Positions 25,600-38,310 of a stretch of 64,000 nucleotides of DNA are shown here, one piece after another (the first letter of the stretch is position 1; each line of letters starts with the position of its first letter). This DNA is from Octopus vulgaris (Eukaryota): assembly GCA_951406725.2 (NCBI GenBank), contig OX597831.1, positions 72,230,001-72,294,000 on the forward strand, given 5' to 3'. The notes under the pieces are model-generated. The model did no database searches. It saw only the letters and a program-made list of their open reading frames with translations, and had not been told where the DNA came from. A program made the translations under genes and the position numbers.

Positions 25600-26090
25600 C
25601 ATCATTACCATCACTCCAGACAACAGCAAGAGTTCAGTGGCACTAACAACACCATTATCAACAACAAAAGTTCAGCTGCATCATCATAACCATTACACCA
25701 CTACATTGCATCATTACTACTACCAACAGCAAAATGCAAATTCACCAACAACTTCCTCAGTTTTATCATCAATACCATTCGCTAATATAACCAACATCAT
25801 TATCATCATCATCATCACCAACATTATCAGTGCTAACAGCAAAAAACATCCTTAGTAGTAGCAGAAGCTGCAGCACTGCCACCACCACCACCTCTATCGC
25901 TATTACTATAATTGCCACCACAAACCACCCCCATGACAATCACCACTATCATCACTACCACCACCACCAACGCCAACAACAACAACCATCACCACTACCA
26001 CCACCATGACCACAACCACCACCACCACCAATAACAAAAACAACACCATGACCATCACTATCACCAGTGCCATACAAACTTCACCACAAA
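25600..26090. repeat. Degenerate (CAC/CAA/CAT)n trinucleotide low-complexity tract
   Basis: Visible triplet periodicity. Confidence 0.8.
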
Positions 26091-26535
26091 GAAAACCAAG
26101 TGGCAACGACATATTTCAATATAGGCTAATTGAAATGTTTATATCAGATTATAATTTGAATTTATGAAAAGGAAAAAAAAAAGGTAAAGGAGTAACGAAG
26201 TTGAGAGGCGGGGTGGGGGGGGGGATAGGAGGGCAGGAATAGTAAGTTTATACTTGTTTAGGGGGTTAATTTATATATAATGTTTACAAAGGAAATGGAA
26301 CTAGAACTGACTGCTGCTGAAAGTGATTAAGAAAAAGTGGAGAGAGAGAGAGAGAGAGAGAGAAAGATAAAGGAAAGAAAGAGAGAGAGGAAAGAAGAGA
26401 GAAGGTGTGGGGAGAGGGAGAGAGTCAAAATAATAATAATAAATGACAGTAACTGCTTTGTTAGAGGTCAATTCAGGTATGACCTTTCAGAAACTAGGAT
26501 TTATTGAAGGGTTAACAAATGATGGAGGATGAAGA

Positions 26536-26770
26536 TACCTATTTCTTTATTACCCACAAGGGGCTAAACATAGAGGGGACAAACAAGGACAGACATAGGT
26601 ATTAAGTCGATTACATCGACCTCAGTGCGTAACTGGTACTTAATTTATCGACCCCGAAAGGATGAAAGGCAAAGTCGACCTCGGCGGAATTTGAACTCAC
26701 AATGTAACGACAGATGAAAAATACGGCTACGCATTTCGCCCGGTGTGCTAACGTTTCTGCCAGCTCACCG
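26536..26770 (-). mobile_element. SINE family B
   Basis: Match to family B. Confidence 0.88.
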
Positions 26771-27024
26771 TTCACCCGTAACATATGCTCTCAGTAACAA
26801 AAACTAAAAAAAAAAAAAAGCCCTATGCATCTGATGATGATGGTAATAATGATGAGAATTTCTGACATTGGCACAAATCTTTGAAAGGGAAGGAGGTGCT
26901 GGCACTTACCTCCTTTGTGGCCTTATTTCTAATTAATTTTGAAACGAATAAATTTTGAATAATTTCGTAAAATCTAATAAAATAATATGTGGCTCCCTCT
27001 AGAGATGGCAATTAATACAAGGCA

Positions 27025-27245
27025 CCTGGCAGAAACGTTAGCACACCGGGTGAAATGCTTAGCGGTATTGCGTCTGCCGTTGCGTTCTGAGTTCAAATTC
27101 CGCCGAGGTCAACTTTGCCTTTCATCCTTTCGGGGTCGATAAATTAAGTACCAGTTATGCACTGGGGTCAATATAATTGACTTAATCCATTTGTCTGTCC
27201 TTGTTTGTCCCCTCTATGTTTAGCCCCTTGTGGGCAATAAAGAAA
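27025..27245 (+). mobile_element. SINE family B
   Basis: Match; TSD AATACAAGGCACCT. Confidence 0.88.
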
Positions 27246-27689
27246 CAAAAAAATACAAGGCACCTAACCATCCCCTCATACTAAGACAGATTTTAAAATT
27301 TGAAGGGTACAGGCCTTATATTCACTCAAATAGGTATTTTTATGTTATTGACCCCTGTAAAAATAAAAGGCAAAAAGAATCAACATCAGTGGGATTTGAA
27401 CTTAAAGAGCTACAACTAGATACTGCCAAACATTTCCTTTGATGCTCTATCGATTCTACAAAGATATCCTGAAATTAAGCATTCCAGACCCTTTCATTCT
27501 GGACTGAGGTTCTGATTATAAATCTTTCATTAGCCCTGTTTCTGATGAAATATCTGATGTGTTTTACTTAATTTTGAAAATAATCTGGATTTTAGAAGGA
27601 TTTAACGACATAAAGAGCGTTATCATAATTGGAACATAATTTATCAAAGACATTCTTACGTAAAATTATAGAAAACTCTAATTTAAATA

Positions 27690-28089
27690 TACTCTCATTT
27701 ACTCTTTTACTTCTTTCAGTCATTTGACTGTGGCCATGCTGGAGCACCGCCTTTAGTCGAGCAAATCGACCCCAGGACTTATATTCTCTGTAAACCTAGT
27801 ACTTATTCTATCGGTCTCTTTTGCTGAACTGCTAAGTTATAGAGATGTAAACACACCAGCATCGGTTGTTAAGTGATGTTGGGGGGACAAATACAGACAC
27901 ACAAACACACACACACACACACACACATATGACAGGCTTCTTTCAGTTTCCGTCTACCAAATCCACTCACAAGGCTTTGGTCGGCCTGAGGCTATAGCAG
28001 AAGACACTTGCCCAAGGTGCCACGTAGTGGGACTGAACCCGGAACCATGTGGTTGGTATGCAAGCTTCTTACCACACAGCCACTCCTAC
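27690..28089 (-). mobile_element. SINE family A
   Basis: Match to family A. Confidence 0.88.
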
Positions 28090-28772
28090 ACCAATGGATA
28101 CTTTTATCCTTTAACATTCAGATTACTTTGTCAAAGACAATGCTTATTTATTCATATTGCTTTGAATTATTCATGCATTATTCATAAGAAGTTTGCTTCC
28201 TAACCACATACTTCTGGATTCAGTTCCACAGCATGCACCTTGGGCAAGTGTTTTCTACTGTAGTCTTAGGCCGATCAAATCCTTGTGAGTGGATTTGGTA
28301 GATGGATGTGTGTATGTGTGTGTGTGTGTGTGTATTTGTGTCTGTGGTTGTTCACCACCACTGCTTGACAAGCAGTATTTTGGTGAGGTTATGTTCCTGT
28401 AACTTAGCAGTTCAGCAAAGGAATCAATAGAATAAGTACCAGGCTTTACAAAATTTAATAAGTATTGGGGTTGATTCGTTAGACTAAAATTCTTCAAGGC
28501 AGTGCCCCAGGATGGCCACAGCCTAATGATTGAAACAAGTAAAAGATAAAAGTGATTGTTAAACGATAAAAGATAAAAAGTGTTTGTTTATTTAAAGAAT
28601 GGCATTGTAACGTAGGTGTGAGAGGCCAGGTGTAGCTGATTTGAACATAAAACGAGAAGAATATTTGAGCTGGATATGACCAGTTTAAACGTTGAAATGC
28701 TCAAGGGTTGAAACAGGTAGTTCTGTTTCATACAACCAGAAGGGGTCTCAAATTACTTTAGCATAGAAAGGT

Positions 28773-29001
28773 TTAACCCTTTCATTACCAACCCGGTTTA
28801 AACTGGCTCTGGCTCTGTAGTACAAATGTCTTGTTTTCATAAGTTTTGAATTAAAATCTTCCACCAAACCTTAGTCCCAATTTATGGTCCTAACACAAGC
28901 TGAATGATAACTAAGTTATTTTATTAAATTCTTTGTTATACTTAAAGTAATTGAAAGAAATACAGAGCATCTCAAAATAAATACAGTAACAAAAGGGTTA
29001 A
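28773..29001. mobile_element. piggyBac-type MITE with TTAA target site
   Basis: TTAA|CCCTTTCATTAC ... GTAACAAAAGGG|TTAA termini; copies at 31.9 and 32.1 kb. Confidence 0.85.
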
Positions 29002-29201
29002 GTGACCCTTGGTCTCTTTCTTTTTCATAACTTCTATAGCACTTTATTTATCATCTCTTGTTTAACATGATACCAGCATGATTTAGAAGTGGTGATGGTA
29101 AAAGGACAATGGTAAATTCGATATTTGCATATAATTTGCTAAATGCTCTTCCTGCTATTAACCACTCATCTATGCAATCAAAATGGAACCATCATCATCA
29201 G

Positions 29202-29622
29202 ATAGGCGTAGGAGTGGCTGTGTGGTAAGTAGCTTGCTTACCAATCACATGGTTCCAGGTTCAGTCCCACTGCATGGCACCTTGGGCTAGTGTCTTCTAC
29301 TATAGCCTCGGGCCGACCAATGCCTTGTGAGTGGATTTGGTAGACAGGAAACTGAAAGAAGCCTGTCGTATATATGTATATATATATATATATATAAGTG
29401 TATGTGTATATGTTTGTGTGTCTGTGTTTGTCCCCCTAGCATTGCTTGACAACCGATGCTGGTGTGTTTACATCCCCGTCACTTAGCGGTTCGGCAAAAG
29501 AGACCGATAGAATAAGTACTGGGCTTACAAAGAATAAGTCCCGGGGTCGATTTGCTCGACTAAAGGCGGTGCTCCAGCATGGCCGCAGTCAAATGATTGA
29601 AACAAGTAAAAGAGTAAAGAGT
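29202..29622 (+). mobile_element. SINE family A
   Basis: Match to family A. Confidence 0.9.
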
Positions 29623-30737
29623 ATAGGTGCATTTTTCTGAATAAGTCATTCGAAAAAGTACAGAACTCAATACGTTACTGGATTATTTATCTTAATTTAG
29701 TTCTGCTCTTCTTGGTCTCATGCTAACCCTAACCCTGTTAAGACACACTCCATGTTTCATTCATCAGGGGCTGGTAAATTACAATAATCAACATTAGACC
29801 TCCCCTGTAAAAATTAAATATTACGTGAGTTGAGAAAGTGTATAATCTATGACCAAAGCTTTAAAAAATACATCCTGAAGTTAATTTGTTCAACTAGAAA
29901 TCCCTTGAAGGCAGTGCCCCAGCATGGCCACAGTCAGATGACTAAAACAAGTAAAAGATAAAACGTATAAGATAACATAGTCCAACTGGATTGTTATAAC
30001 TCGAATGTTTTTAACCATAGCACTACTTAATCAAAGCTGACCTTGTAATAAATAATACCAAGCAAACTGCTTTAACATCTGTCTCCAAACTAAATGTAAA
30101 CAAACATTTTTTTGAGTTCCATTTGTAAACAAAATATTTTTGCGTTATGAATTTGATTTTAATTAAAACAAAATAGCATACATAATGTAGTAGGGTATTT
30201 GGAGAAATAAGAAGCAGATGTGTGGCTTAGAAATTCCTCTTACATATTTCCATGTACGTTCTATTGTCTGATGCAGTTACGATATGCATTGCATATGTAT
30301 ACAGTTCATTCACATGTACAGGCAGTATCGTATTGTTTATATGAAGACAGACACCTACAAACAAAAGCGTGTATATGCACACGTTCATACAGACACACAC
30401 AAACCATTTAATTATGCAGCTATGCCTGTATATGAGGGTGGGCAGAAAAGTTCGTAGGCTGACTATGAATGAGTGGTGTTAGACCTGTGAATTCTTATTT
30501 CTTTACTGCCCAGAAGGGGCTACACACAGAGGGGACAAACAAGGACAGACGTCTCCGTAACTTAGCGGTTCGGCAAAAAGAGACCGATAGAATAAGTACT
30601 AGGCTTACAAAGAATAAGTCCTCGGGTCGATTTGCTTGACTAAAGGCGATGCTCCAGCATGGCCACAGTCAAATGAATGAAACAAGTAAAAGAAAAGAAA
30701 GAAAGCTCTATTCAGGAAAATTACTATATAATAGTAT

Positions 30738-31131
30738 ATAGGTACAGGTGTGGCTGAGTGGTAAGTAGCTTGCTTACCAACCACATGGTTCCAGGTTCAG
30801 TCCCATTGTGTGGTAGTTTCAGCAAGTGTCTTCTATTATAGCCTTGGGCCAATCAAAGCCTTATGAGTGGATTTGGTAGACGGAAACTGAAAGAAGCCCG
30901 TCACATATATATGTATATGTATGTATGTATGTCTGTATTTGTCCCCCCACCATCGCTTGGCAACTGATGTTGGCATGTTTATATCCCTGTAACTTAGCAG
31001 TTCAGCAAAAGTGACTGATAGAATAAGTACTAGGCTTACAAAGAATAAGTCTTGGGGTCGATTTGTTCAACTAAAGGTGGTGCTCCAGCATGGCTGCAGT
31101 CAAATGACTGAAACAAATAAAAGAATAAAAG
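30738..31131 (+). mobile_element. SINE family A
   Basis: Match; tail-to-tail with the next copy. Confidence 0.87.
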
Positions 31132-31159
31132 AAATGAACAAACAGACTATTTTTCTTCT

Positions 31160-31507
31160 TACTCATTTACTCATTTCAGTCATTTGGCTGCGACCATGCT
31201 GGAGCACCACCTTTAGTTAAACAAATCGACCCCAGGACTTATTCTTTGTAAGCTTAGTACTTATTCTATCGGTTTCTTTTGCCGAACCGCTAAGTGACGG
31301 GGACGTAAACACACCAGCATCGGTTGTCAAGCGATGTTGGGGGAGGGGGGCAAACACAACACACTAACATACACATATATATATATATACATATATACAA
31401 TGGGCTTCTTTCAGTTTCCGTCTACCAAATCCACTCACAAGGCTTTGGTCGGCCCAAGGCTATAGTAGATGACACTTGCCCAAGGTGCCACGCAGTGGGA
31501 CTGAACT
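31160..31507 (-). mobile_element. SINE family A (5' truncated)
   Basis: Match; inverted partner about 30 nt from the previous copy. Confidence 0.87.
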
Positions 31508-31887
31508 TGGTAACAATTTCATTTTAAATTAATACCAGTAACTAAGATAAACCCAATAAAGTTGAATTATTAGCTGGAAATCAAAAAACTGTGACAAAGA
31601 AAAAAACAAAAACTTCACAAAATGTTAATACCCTACATTCTGCCCACAGCAGCTAATCTTGGAGAACCAGCTTTATCAGTCTCAAGAAAAGGAAAGAAAG
31701 AAAAGAGATTGTTAACAGTGCAATGTACTTCAACTGAAGCACATATCTAAATCGGCAGCAACAACTTCAAACTTATTCAGATAAGATCATTAAGGAAACA
31801 ATATCAAAGTAATCTGGAGCTGTTTTAAATAATTATAAGGGTTCACAAAATGAATGTAAAAATATAAAATGCCATGTAAAATATACT

Positions 31888-32115
31888 TTAACCATTTCAT
31901 TACCAACCCAGCCGAAACCGCTTCTGGCTCTGAGTACAAATGTCTTGTTTTCATAAGTTTTGAATTAAAATCATCCACCAAACCTTAGTCACAATTTATG
32001 TTCCTAACACTAGCTCAATGATAACTAAGTTATTTTACTAAATTCTTTGTTATATTTAAAGTAACTGAAAGAAACACAGAGCATCTCAAAATAAATATGG
32101 TACCAAAAGGGTCAA
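31888..32115. mobile_element. piggyBac-type MITE
   Basis: Same family as 28773-29001. Confidence 0.85.
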
Positions 32116-32131
32116 AATCACCATGATATTC

Positions 32132-32344
32132 TTAACCCTTTTGATACCAACCTGGCTCTGTAGTACAAATGTCTTGTTTTCATAAGTTTTGAATTAAAAT
32201 CATCCACCAAACCTTAGTCACAATTTATGTTCCTAACACTAGCTCAATGATAACTAAGTTATTTTACTAAATTCTTTGTTATATTTAAAGTAACTGAAAA
32301 AAACACAGAGCATCTCAAAATAAATACAGTTATGAAAGGGTTAA
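32132..32344. mobile_element. piggyBac-type MITE (tandem copy)
   Basis: TTAA|CCCTTTT...AAAGGG|TTAA. Confidence 0.85.
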
Positions 32345-32604
32345 GACAATTGGTTTAAGACAAAGGGTTTTCTTTTTCTTGATGTAAAAGCAGATGAGTA
32401 GAAAGTATTTTGATCTGCTTGGTTAATGGGATGTGATTTCAAACCTTGTTTTACCCTAATTTGTTTTGGAATAAGATGGTTATATATATATCACCATTTC
32501 ATCAAGCTGAGAGGAATAGGTAGGCATCCTGTTTTTATTTTCTGGGAAGGTTACCCATGAAAGACTAACATCATGTCCAAGGTGGAGGAGAATTATTGCT
32601 CATT

Positions 32605-32845
32605 TACGTAGAAGCACCGTCCGAGCGTGGCCGTTCGCCAGCCTCGTCTAGCACCTGTGTCGGTGGCACGTAAAAAGCACCCACTACACTCACGGAGTGG
32701 TTGGCGTTAGGAAGGGCATCCAGCTGTAGAAACACTGCCAGATCTGACTGGGCCTGGTGCTGCCTTCGGGCTTCCCAGACCCCAGTTGAACTGTCCAACC
32801 CATGCTAGCATGGAAAGCGGATGTTAAAAGATGATGATGATGATG
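32605..32845 (+). mobile_element. Family D element
   Basis: Core plus (GAT)n tail. Confidence 0.8.
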
Positions 32846-33399
32846 TAACAGGCACAGGTGTGGGCTGTGAAGTAAGAAGTTTGCTCGCCGCACCATAAGG
32901 TCTCAGGTTCAGTCCCACACTATGACACCTTCAGCAAGATCCTTCTACTAGGGTCTCAGGCTGACCAAAGCCATTTGAATGGATCTGGTAGATGAAAACA
33001 AACTGAAAGAAGCTTGCTATATCTTTTATCTTTTACTTGCTTCAGTCGTTAGACTGGCCATGCTGGAGCATCACCTTGAAGAATTTTTAGCCAAACAAAT
33101 CGACCCGTTTTTTTTTTTTTCAAGCCTGGTACTTATTCTATTGGTTTCTTATGCCGAACTGCTAAGTTATAGGGACGTAAACACACCAACACCAGTTGTC
33201 AAGTGGTTGCGGGGGACAAACACAGGCACAAAGATACACACGCACATACAACGAGCTTCTTTCAGTTTCCGTTGACCAAATTCACTCACAAGGCTTTGAT
33301 AGGAGACACTTGCTCAAGGTGCCGCACAGTGGTTTGAACCCAGAACCATGTGGTTGAGAAGGAAGCTTCTTACCTCACAACTACACACACATATATGTA

Positions 33400-33627
33400 G
33401 GCGAGCTGGCAGAAACGTTAGCACGCTGGGCGAAATGCTTAGCGGTATTTCGTCTGCCGCTACGTTCTGAGTTCAAATTCCACCGAGGTCGACTTTGCCT
33501 TTCATCCTTTCGGGGTTGATAAATAAAGTACCAGTTACACATTGGGGTCGATGTAATTGACTTAATACCTATGTCTGTCCTTGTTTGTCCCCTCTGTGTG
33601 TCGCCCCTTGTGGGTAATAAAGAAATA
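33400..33627 (+). mobile_element. SINE family B
   Basis: Match to family B. Confidence 0.87.
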
Positions 33628-33704
33628 TATATGTAGGTAAGTGTGTGTGTGTTTGTGTGTTTTTGTCTCCTTGTCTTGATTTCATATAAATTATTCTATG
33701 ATAG

Positions 33705-33874
33705 CAATAATAAATCTCTGAACGAGATGTAAACAGTAGCTGCTCGACAACGTAACGCATACCAGCCATCTCAATATGGCCAACCACTAAGAGTGGGTGT
33801 TACTGCAGCCCTCAGCCATCAGTAACACCCACCTTTAGTGGTTGGCCATATTGAGATGGCTAGTATGCTTTACG
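33705..33874. mobile_element. Hairpin-containing insertion with 13-bp target-site duplication
   Basis: TATTCTATGATAG at 33692-33704 and 33875-33887; 56-bp inverted arms inside. Confidence 0.75.
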
Positions 33875-34104
33875 TATTCTATGATAGTTGTAAACAAATG
33901 TAACCATCGTGCAAGCAGTGTTCTTTGTTTATAAATACAGTTAATGCAAACTTTAAACATGAATGCTATTGGCTGTCAGCTACAAGAATCTCCTCCAACC
34001 GTAATAAAGAAAATATTAGATAACCCCAAATCTAAACATTTGAGTGCAAACACAATCATTTATCCCAGTTGGTTAAATATATACATAGGTGTATATTTTG
34101 ATAT

Positions 34105-34408
34105 TGTTTGTTCCTTCTCAAGCCATGCCTGGCTTATAAGGGCCGGTTTCCCAGTTTCCTTGGTGTATAGGTTCCCCACCTGGACAGGATGCCGGTTTGT
34201 CACAGGTGAGCTGCATGATGCAGGAGGAAAGAATGAGAGAAAGTTGTGGCGAAAGAATCAGCAGAAGTTTCGCCATTACCTTCTGTCGGAGACGCGTGGA
34301 GCTTAGGTGTTTCGCTCATAAACACACACATCGCCTGGTCTGAGATTCGAACCTGTGATCTCTTGACCGCGAGTCCGCTGCTCTAACCACTAGGCCATGT
34401 GCCTCCAC
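34105..34408 (-). mobile_element. SINE family C-related, tail type 3
   Basis: tRNA-like head; tail GCATCCTGTCCAGGTGGGGAA...GGAAACCGGCCCTTATAAGCC. Confidence 0.7.
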
Positions 34409-35180
34409 ATACTTTGATATAAGATTATTATATAAGCATCACATGAAACACTTAACACTAGATTTTACAAGGCCAGTAAATATATTTACATACAATGCTT
34501 TCCTTTTACTTAATACTTGTTTGTTGTTGTTTAGCCCCAGGTCAGCTTTGATCAAGCAGACTTATTATAATCAAAGGTATTGCAGCTGTGACCACCACCC
34601 TATTATTGTGTTGAAGGAAAATGTAGAAAAGGAAGACCAAGAAAATATGGGTAGAGGTAGTGAAAGCCAATCTCAGAATACTGAATTTCACAAAAGAGAT
34701 GATAAAGGGTTGCAACAAATGGTGAGACAGTGTGTTGGAAAGGATCCACCTGCCCCATGTAAGCAAGGAAAAGCAGATCTAAATGATGATGATGAAGGAT
34801 GATGAAGAGATACTGTAACGAAGACTTCATTATCTTACAAGTCATTCACTCTCTTTAAAGATAGTGGCAGGGTATGATATATATATATTTCTAGTAGGTT
34901 GAAGAACCATATACAGGAATTTTTTTGTAATCAAATAAGTAGATATATAGATAAATTATATATGCTATAAAAGCATTAGTAATGATAGAGGTTAACAAAA
35001 TTAGTAACTTACTTATGTTTGCAAAAAAAAAAAAAAAAAAAAAGAAAAGAAAAAAAGAAATTATAATCAAGTTCAAGAGGGCAAGTCAGCCTTTTGACGT
35101 GTAGTTGTTCAAATAACTATTTCATAATTACTTAATAACATTCACCTGTTTAAAATAAGAAAGCAAAAATTTTGTTTTCA

Positions 35181-35590
35181 CAGTGGCTGTGTGGTAAGTA
35201 GCTTGCTAACCAACCACATGGTTCTGGGTTCAGTCCCACTGCGTGGCACCTTGGGCAAGTGTCTTCTGCTATAGCCCCGGGCTGACCAATGCCTTGTGAG
35301 TGGATTTGGTAGACGGAAACTGAAAGAAGCCTGTCGTATATATGTGTATATATATATGTATGCGTGTGTGTGTGTGTTTGTGTGCCTGTGTTTGTCCCCC
35401 TAGCATTGCTTGACAACCGATGCTGGCGTGTTTACGTCCCCGTCACTTAGCGGTTCGGCAAATGAGACCGATAGAATAAGTACTAGGCTTACAAAGAATA
35501 AGTCCCGGGGTCAATTTGCTCGACTAAAGGCGGTGCTCCAGCATGGCCGCAGTCAAAATGACTGAAACAAGTAAAAGAGAGTAAAGAGAT
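35181..35590 (+). mobile_element. SINE family A
   Basis: Match to family A. Confidence 0.9.
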
Positions 35591-35649
35591 TAATACACAA
35601 CAACAGAACTTTAACTGAGGTTAGCAAAGGAACCAGGGTATATGAAGAT

Positions 35650-36050
35650 GCTGAAGTCAGTGAGACAGACTGAGCCAATAAGGATGGTTGAGTCTAACAT
35701 GGAAAATTGAAGCAAATAGGGAAACTGAGCCAACAAGATTGAAGCAACCAGAAAGATTAGAGCTAATGGAGATTGAACGAAGAAAGAAGATTAGAGCCAA
35801 CGAGGGTGACTGAAGCAACAAAGAAGATTACAGCCGATTACAGGGATTGAACAAACAAGGAAGATTAGAGCGAATGAGAGAGACTGAACCAATGAGGGAG
35901 ACTGGGTCAGTAAGAAAGGGATATAGAGCCAAAGAGGGAGCCAAAACTGATGAGTGAGATTTAAGCCTGTGAGAGAAATTGAGCCAGCATGGGAGCTTGA
36001 ATTAGTGAAGAAGTCAGAAGGAGACTTAGTGAGTGAGACTGAGTCAGTGG
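35650..36050. repeat. Degenerate purine-rich minisatellite, period about 18 bp
   Basis: Recurring GA(T/C)TGA(G/A)CCAA and GATTAGAGC units. Confidence 0.6.
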
Positions 36051-36265
36051 GGTGGGGGGGTGAAACCATCCCAAACAATGGCAGATCCCCTCAAGTCGAG
36101 ATACATGCCATGTATCCTGACTCAACGTAGCGTAATATTAATTTTTTTCTAAGTAACTTAATGGGTCCATGTAGTTTAATAACGATTTAGATAACAATCA
36201 AAATTAAATTTCAGTAATCTATAACAAGTAAACAAAGACAGTAAAGTTGTTGATCTGTTGTGTTA

Positions 36266-36685
36266 AGGCAGCGAGCTGGCAGAAACGTTAGCACGGCGGG
36301 CGAAATGCTTTGTGGTATTTCGTCTGCCGTTACGTTCTGAGTTCAAATTCCGCCGAGGTCGACTTTGCCTTTCATCCTTTCGGGGTCGATTAAATAAGTA
36401 CCAGTTACACATTGGGGTCGATATAATTGACTTAATCCATTTGTTTGTCTTTGTTTGTCCCCTTTGTGTTTAGACCCTTGTGGGTAATAAAGAAATAGGT
36501 ATTTCGTCTGCCGCTACGTTCTAAGTTCAAATTCCGCCGAGGTCGACTTTGCCTTTCATCCTTTCGGGGTCGATTAAATAAGTACCAGTTACGCATTGGG
36601 GTCGATATAATTGACTTAATCCGTTTGTCTGTCTTTGTTTGTCCTCTCTGTGTTTAGCCCCTTGTGGGTAGTAAAGAAATAGGTA
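36266..36685 (+). mobile_element. SINE family B head-to-tail dimer (second unit 5'-truncated)
   Basis: Second unit begins at internal GGTATTTCGTCTGCC, overlapping the first unit's AATAGGTAT tail. Confidence 0.87.
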
Positions 36686-37259
36686 TTGAGTTCATGTTGT
36701 TGTGTTATAGTTGAGACAAACTAAGGAGTGTGGGGTTAATGTCCGATCACCAAAATAATATATTCTCTTCATGTAAAGATAATATTTTTCATGGTTTATT
36801 CTAGAGTAATAAAAGACCTTTGCAAGCTTCTGAGACTAGTGAAAATGGCCACTTAATGTTCAGCTTCAGCATTTATAAGTATACGTCTTTAAGAAATATG
36901 AAATATGTAACAAGGAAGGATTTTTAGGGTCTCAAGAAGGAAAGATTTAGTAAATCTTTTAAGTATGGCTGAAGGACCTGGTCTGTGAATGATCTTGCTG
37001 GTCCAGAGCTGAACTGCTTTTATGTAACAGCAACTTAAATCAACAAAAGAACTTCTAACTTGCTGGAAACAGTAGTCAAATCTTCCTCATACAGAATACT
37101 AACAAAAAAAAAAAAGGCAAAAATCAGCTGGAATAATTTTGATCATAAGTCTGCTTGATTAGGCTATAGCTGCAAATAGAATTCTCTCTCAGAGCATTCT
37201 AAAATATGACCCATGAATCTCAGGGTGGAACTTAATTCTATAATATTATATAAAATTAC

Positions 37260-37708
37260 TGCGCAGGAGTGGCTATATAGGCGCAGGAGTGGCTGCATAT
37301 AGGCGCAGGAGTGGCTGTGTGGTAAGTAGCTTATTTACCAACCACATGGTTCCGGGTTCAGTCCCACTGCGTGGCACCTTGGGCAAGTGTCTTCTACTAT
37401 AGCCTCAGGCCGACCAAAGCCTTGTGAGTGGATTTGGTAGACGGAAACTGAAAGAAGCCCGTCGAATGTATGTATATATATATATGCGTGTGTGTGTTTG
37501 TGTGTCTGTGTTTGTCCCCCTAGCATTGCTTGACAACCGATGCTGGTGTGTTTATGTCCCCGTTACTTAGTGGTTCAGCAAAAGAGACCGATAGAATAAG
37601 TACTGGGCTTACGAAAGAGTAAGTCCCGGGGTCGAGTTGCTTGATTAAGGGCGGTGCCCCAGCATGGCCACAGTCAAATGACTGAAACAAGTAAAAGAGT
37701 AAAGAGTA
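37260..37708 (+). mobile_element. SINE family A with triplicated 5' end
   Basis: GCGCAGGAGTGGCT occurs three times at 37261-37316. Confidence 0.9.
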
Positions 37709-38043
37709 TGTTTGAAAGTAGCAAGCTTGGTAGAATTATTAGTACGCCAAACAAAATGTTTAGCAACATTTTTTTCTTGCTCTTTATGAATACTGCTAAG
37801 GTCAAGTTTGACTTTCATCCTCTCGGCAGGATAGATGAACTAAAGTACAAGTGAAGTACCGGGGTTGATGCAAACAGCTAAATTCCATCCACCAATTTTG
37901 AACAATTATTTTACTGCATAATTGGCTAAAATTCATCAAGGGCGTAACTTATCTGATTTCATGTCTATATCAGAAATCAATATTTATTGAGTTCATATTA
38001 CTGACATGCAATGATTTCCCTTTTCTTTTCTTTCTTTCTTTAC

Positions 38044-38310
38044 TATTATTATTATTATTATTTATTATTATTATTATTATTATTATCATTATTGTTATTA
38101 TTCTTATTCTTATTATTATTATAGTTATTGTCATTTTTATTATTATTATTATCATTTTTATTATTATTATTATCAATTTTATTATTATTATTATTATTAT
38201 CATTTTTATTATTACTATCATTATTATTATCATTTTTATTATTATTATCATTATTATCATTATTATTATTGTTATTATTATTATTGTTATTATTATTGTT
38301 ATTATTATTG
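38044..38310. repeat. (TTA)n microsatellite
   Basis: Direct reading. Confidence 0.95.

Noticed and set aside
25250-26112. His/Thr-rich or Val-rich coding exon
   Set aside because: Degenerate trinucleotide tract interrupted by a SINE, with no supported splice sites.
29723-29735. CTAACCCTAACCC telomere seed
   Set aside because: Only two units; compatible with chance or a repeat fragment.
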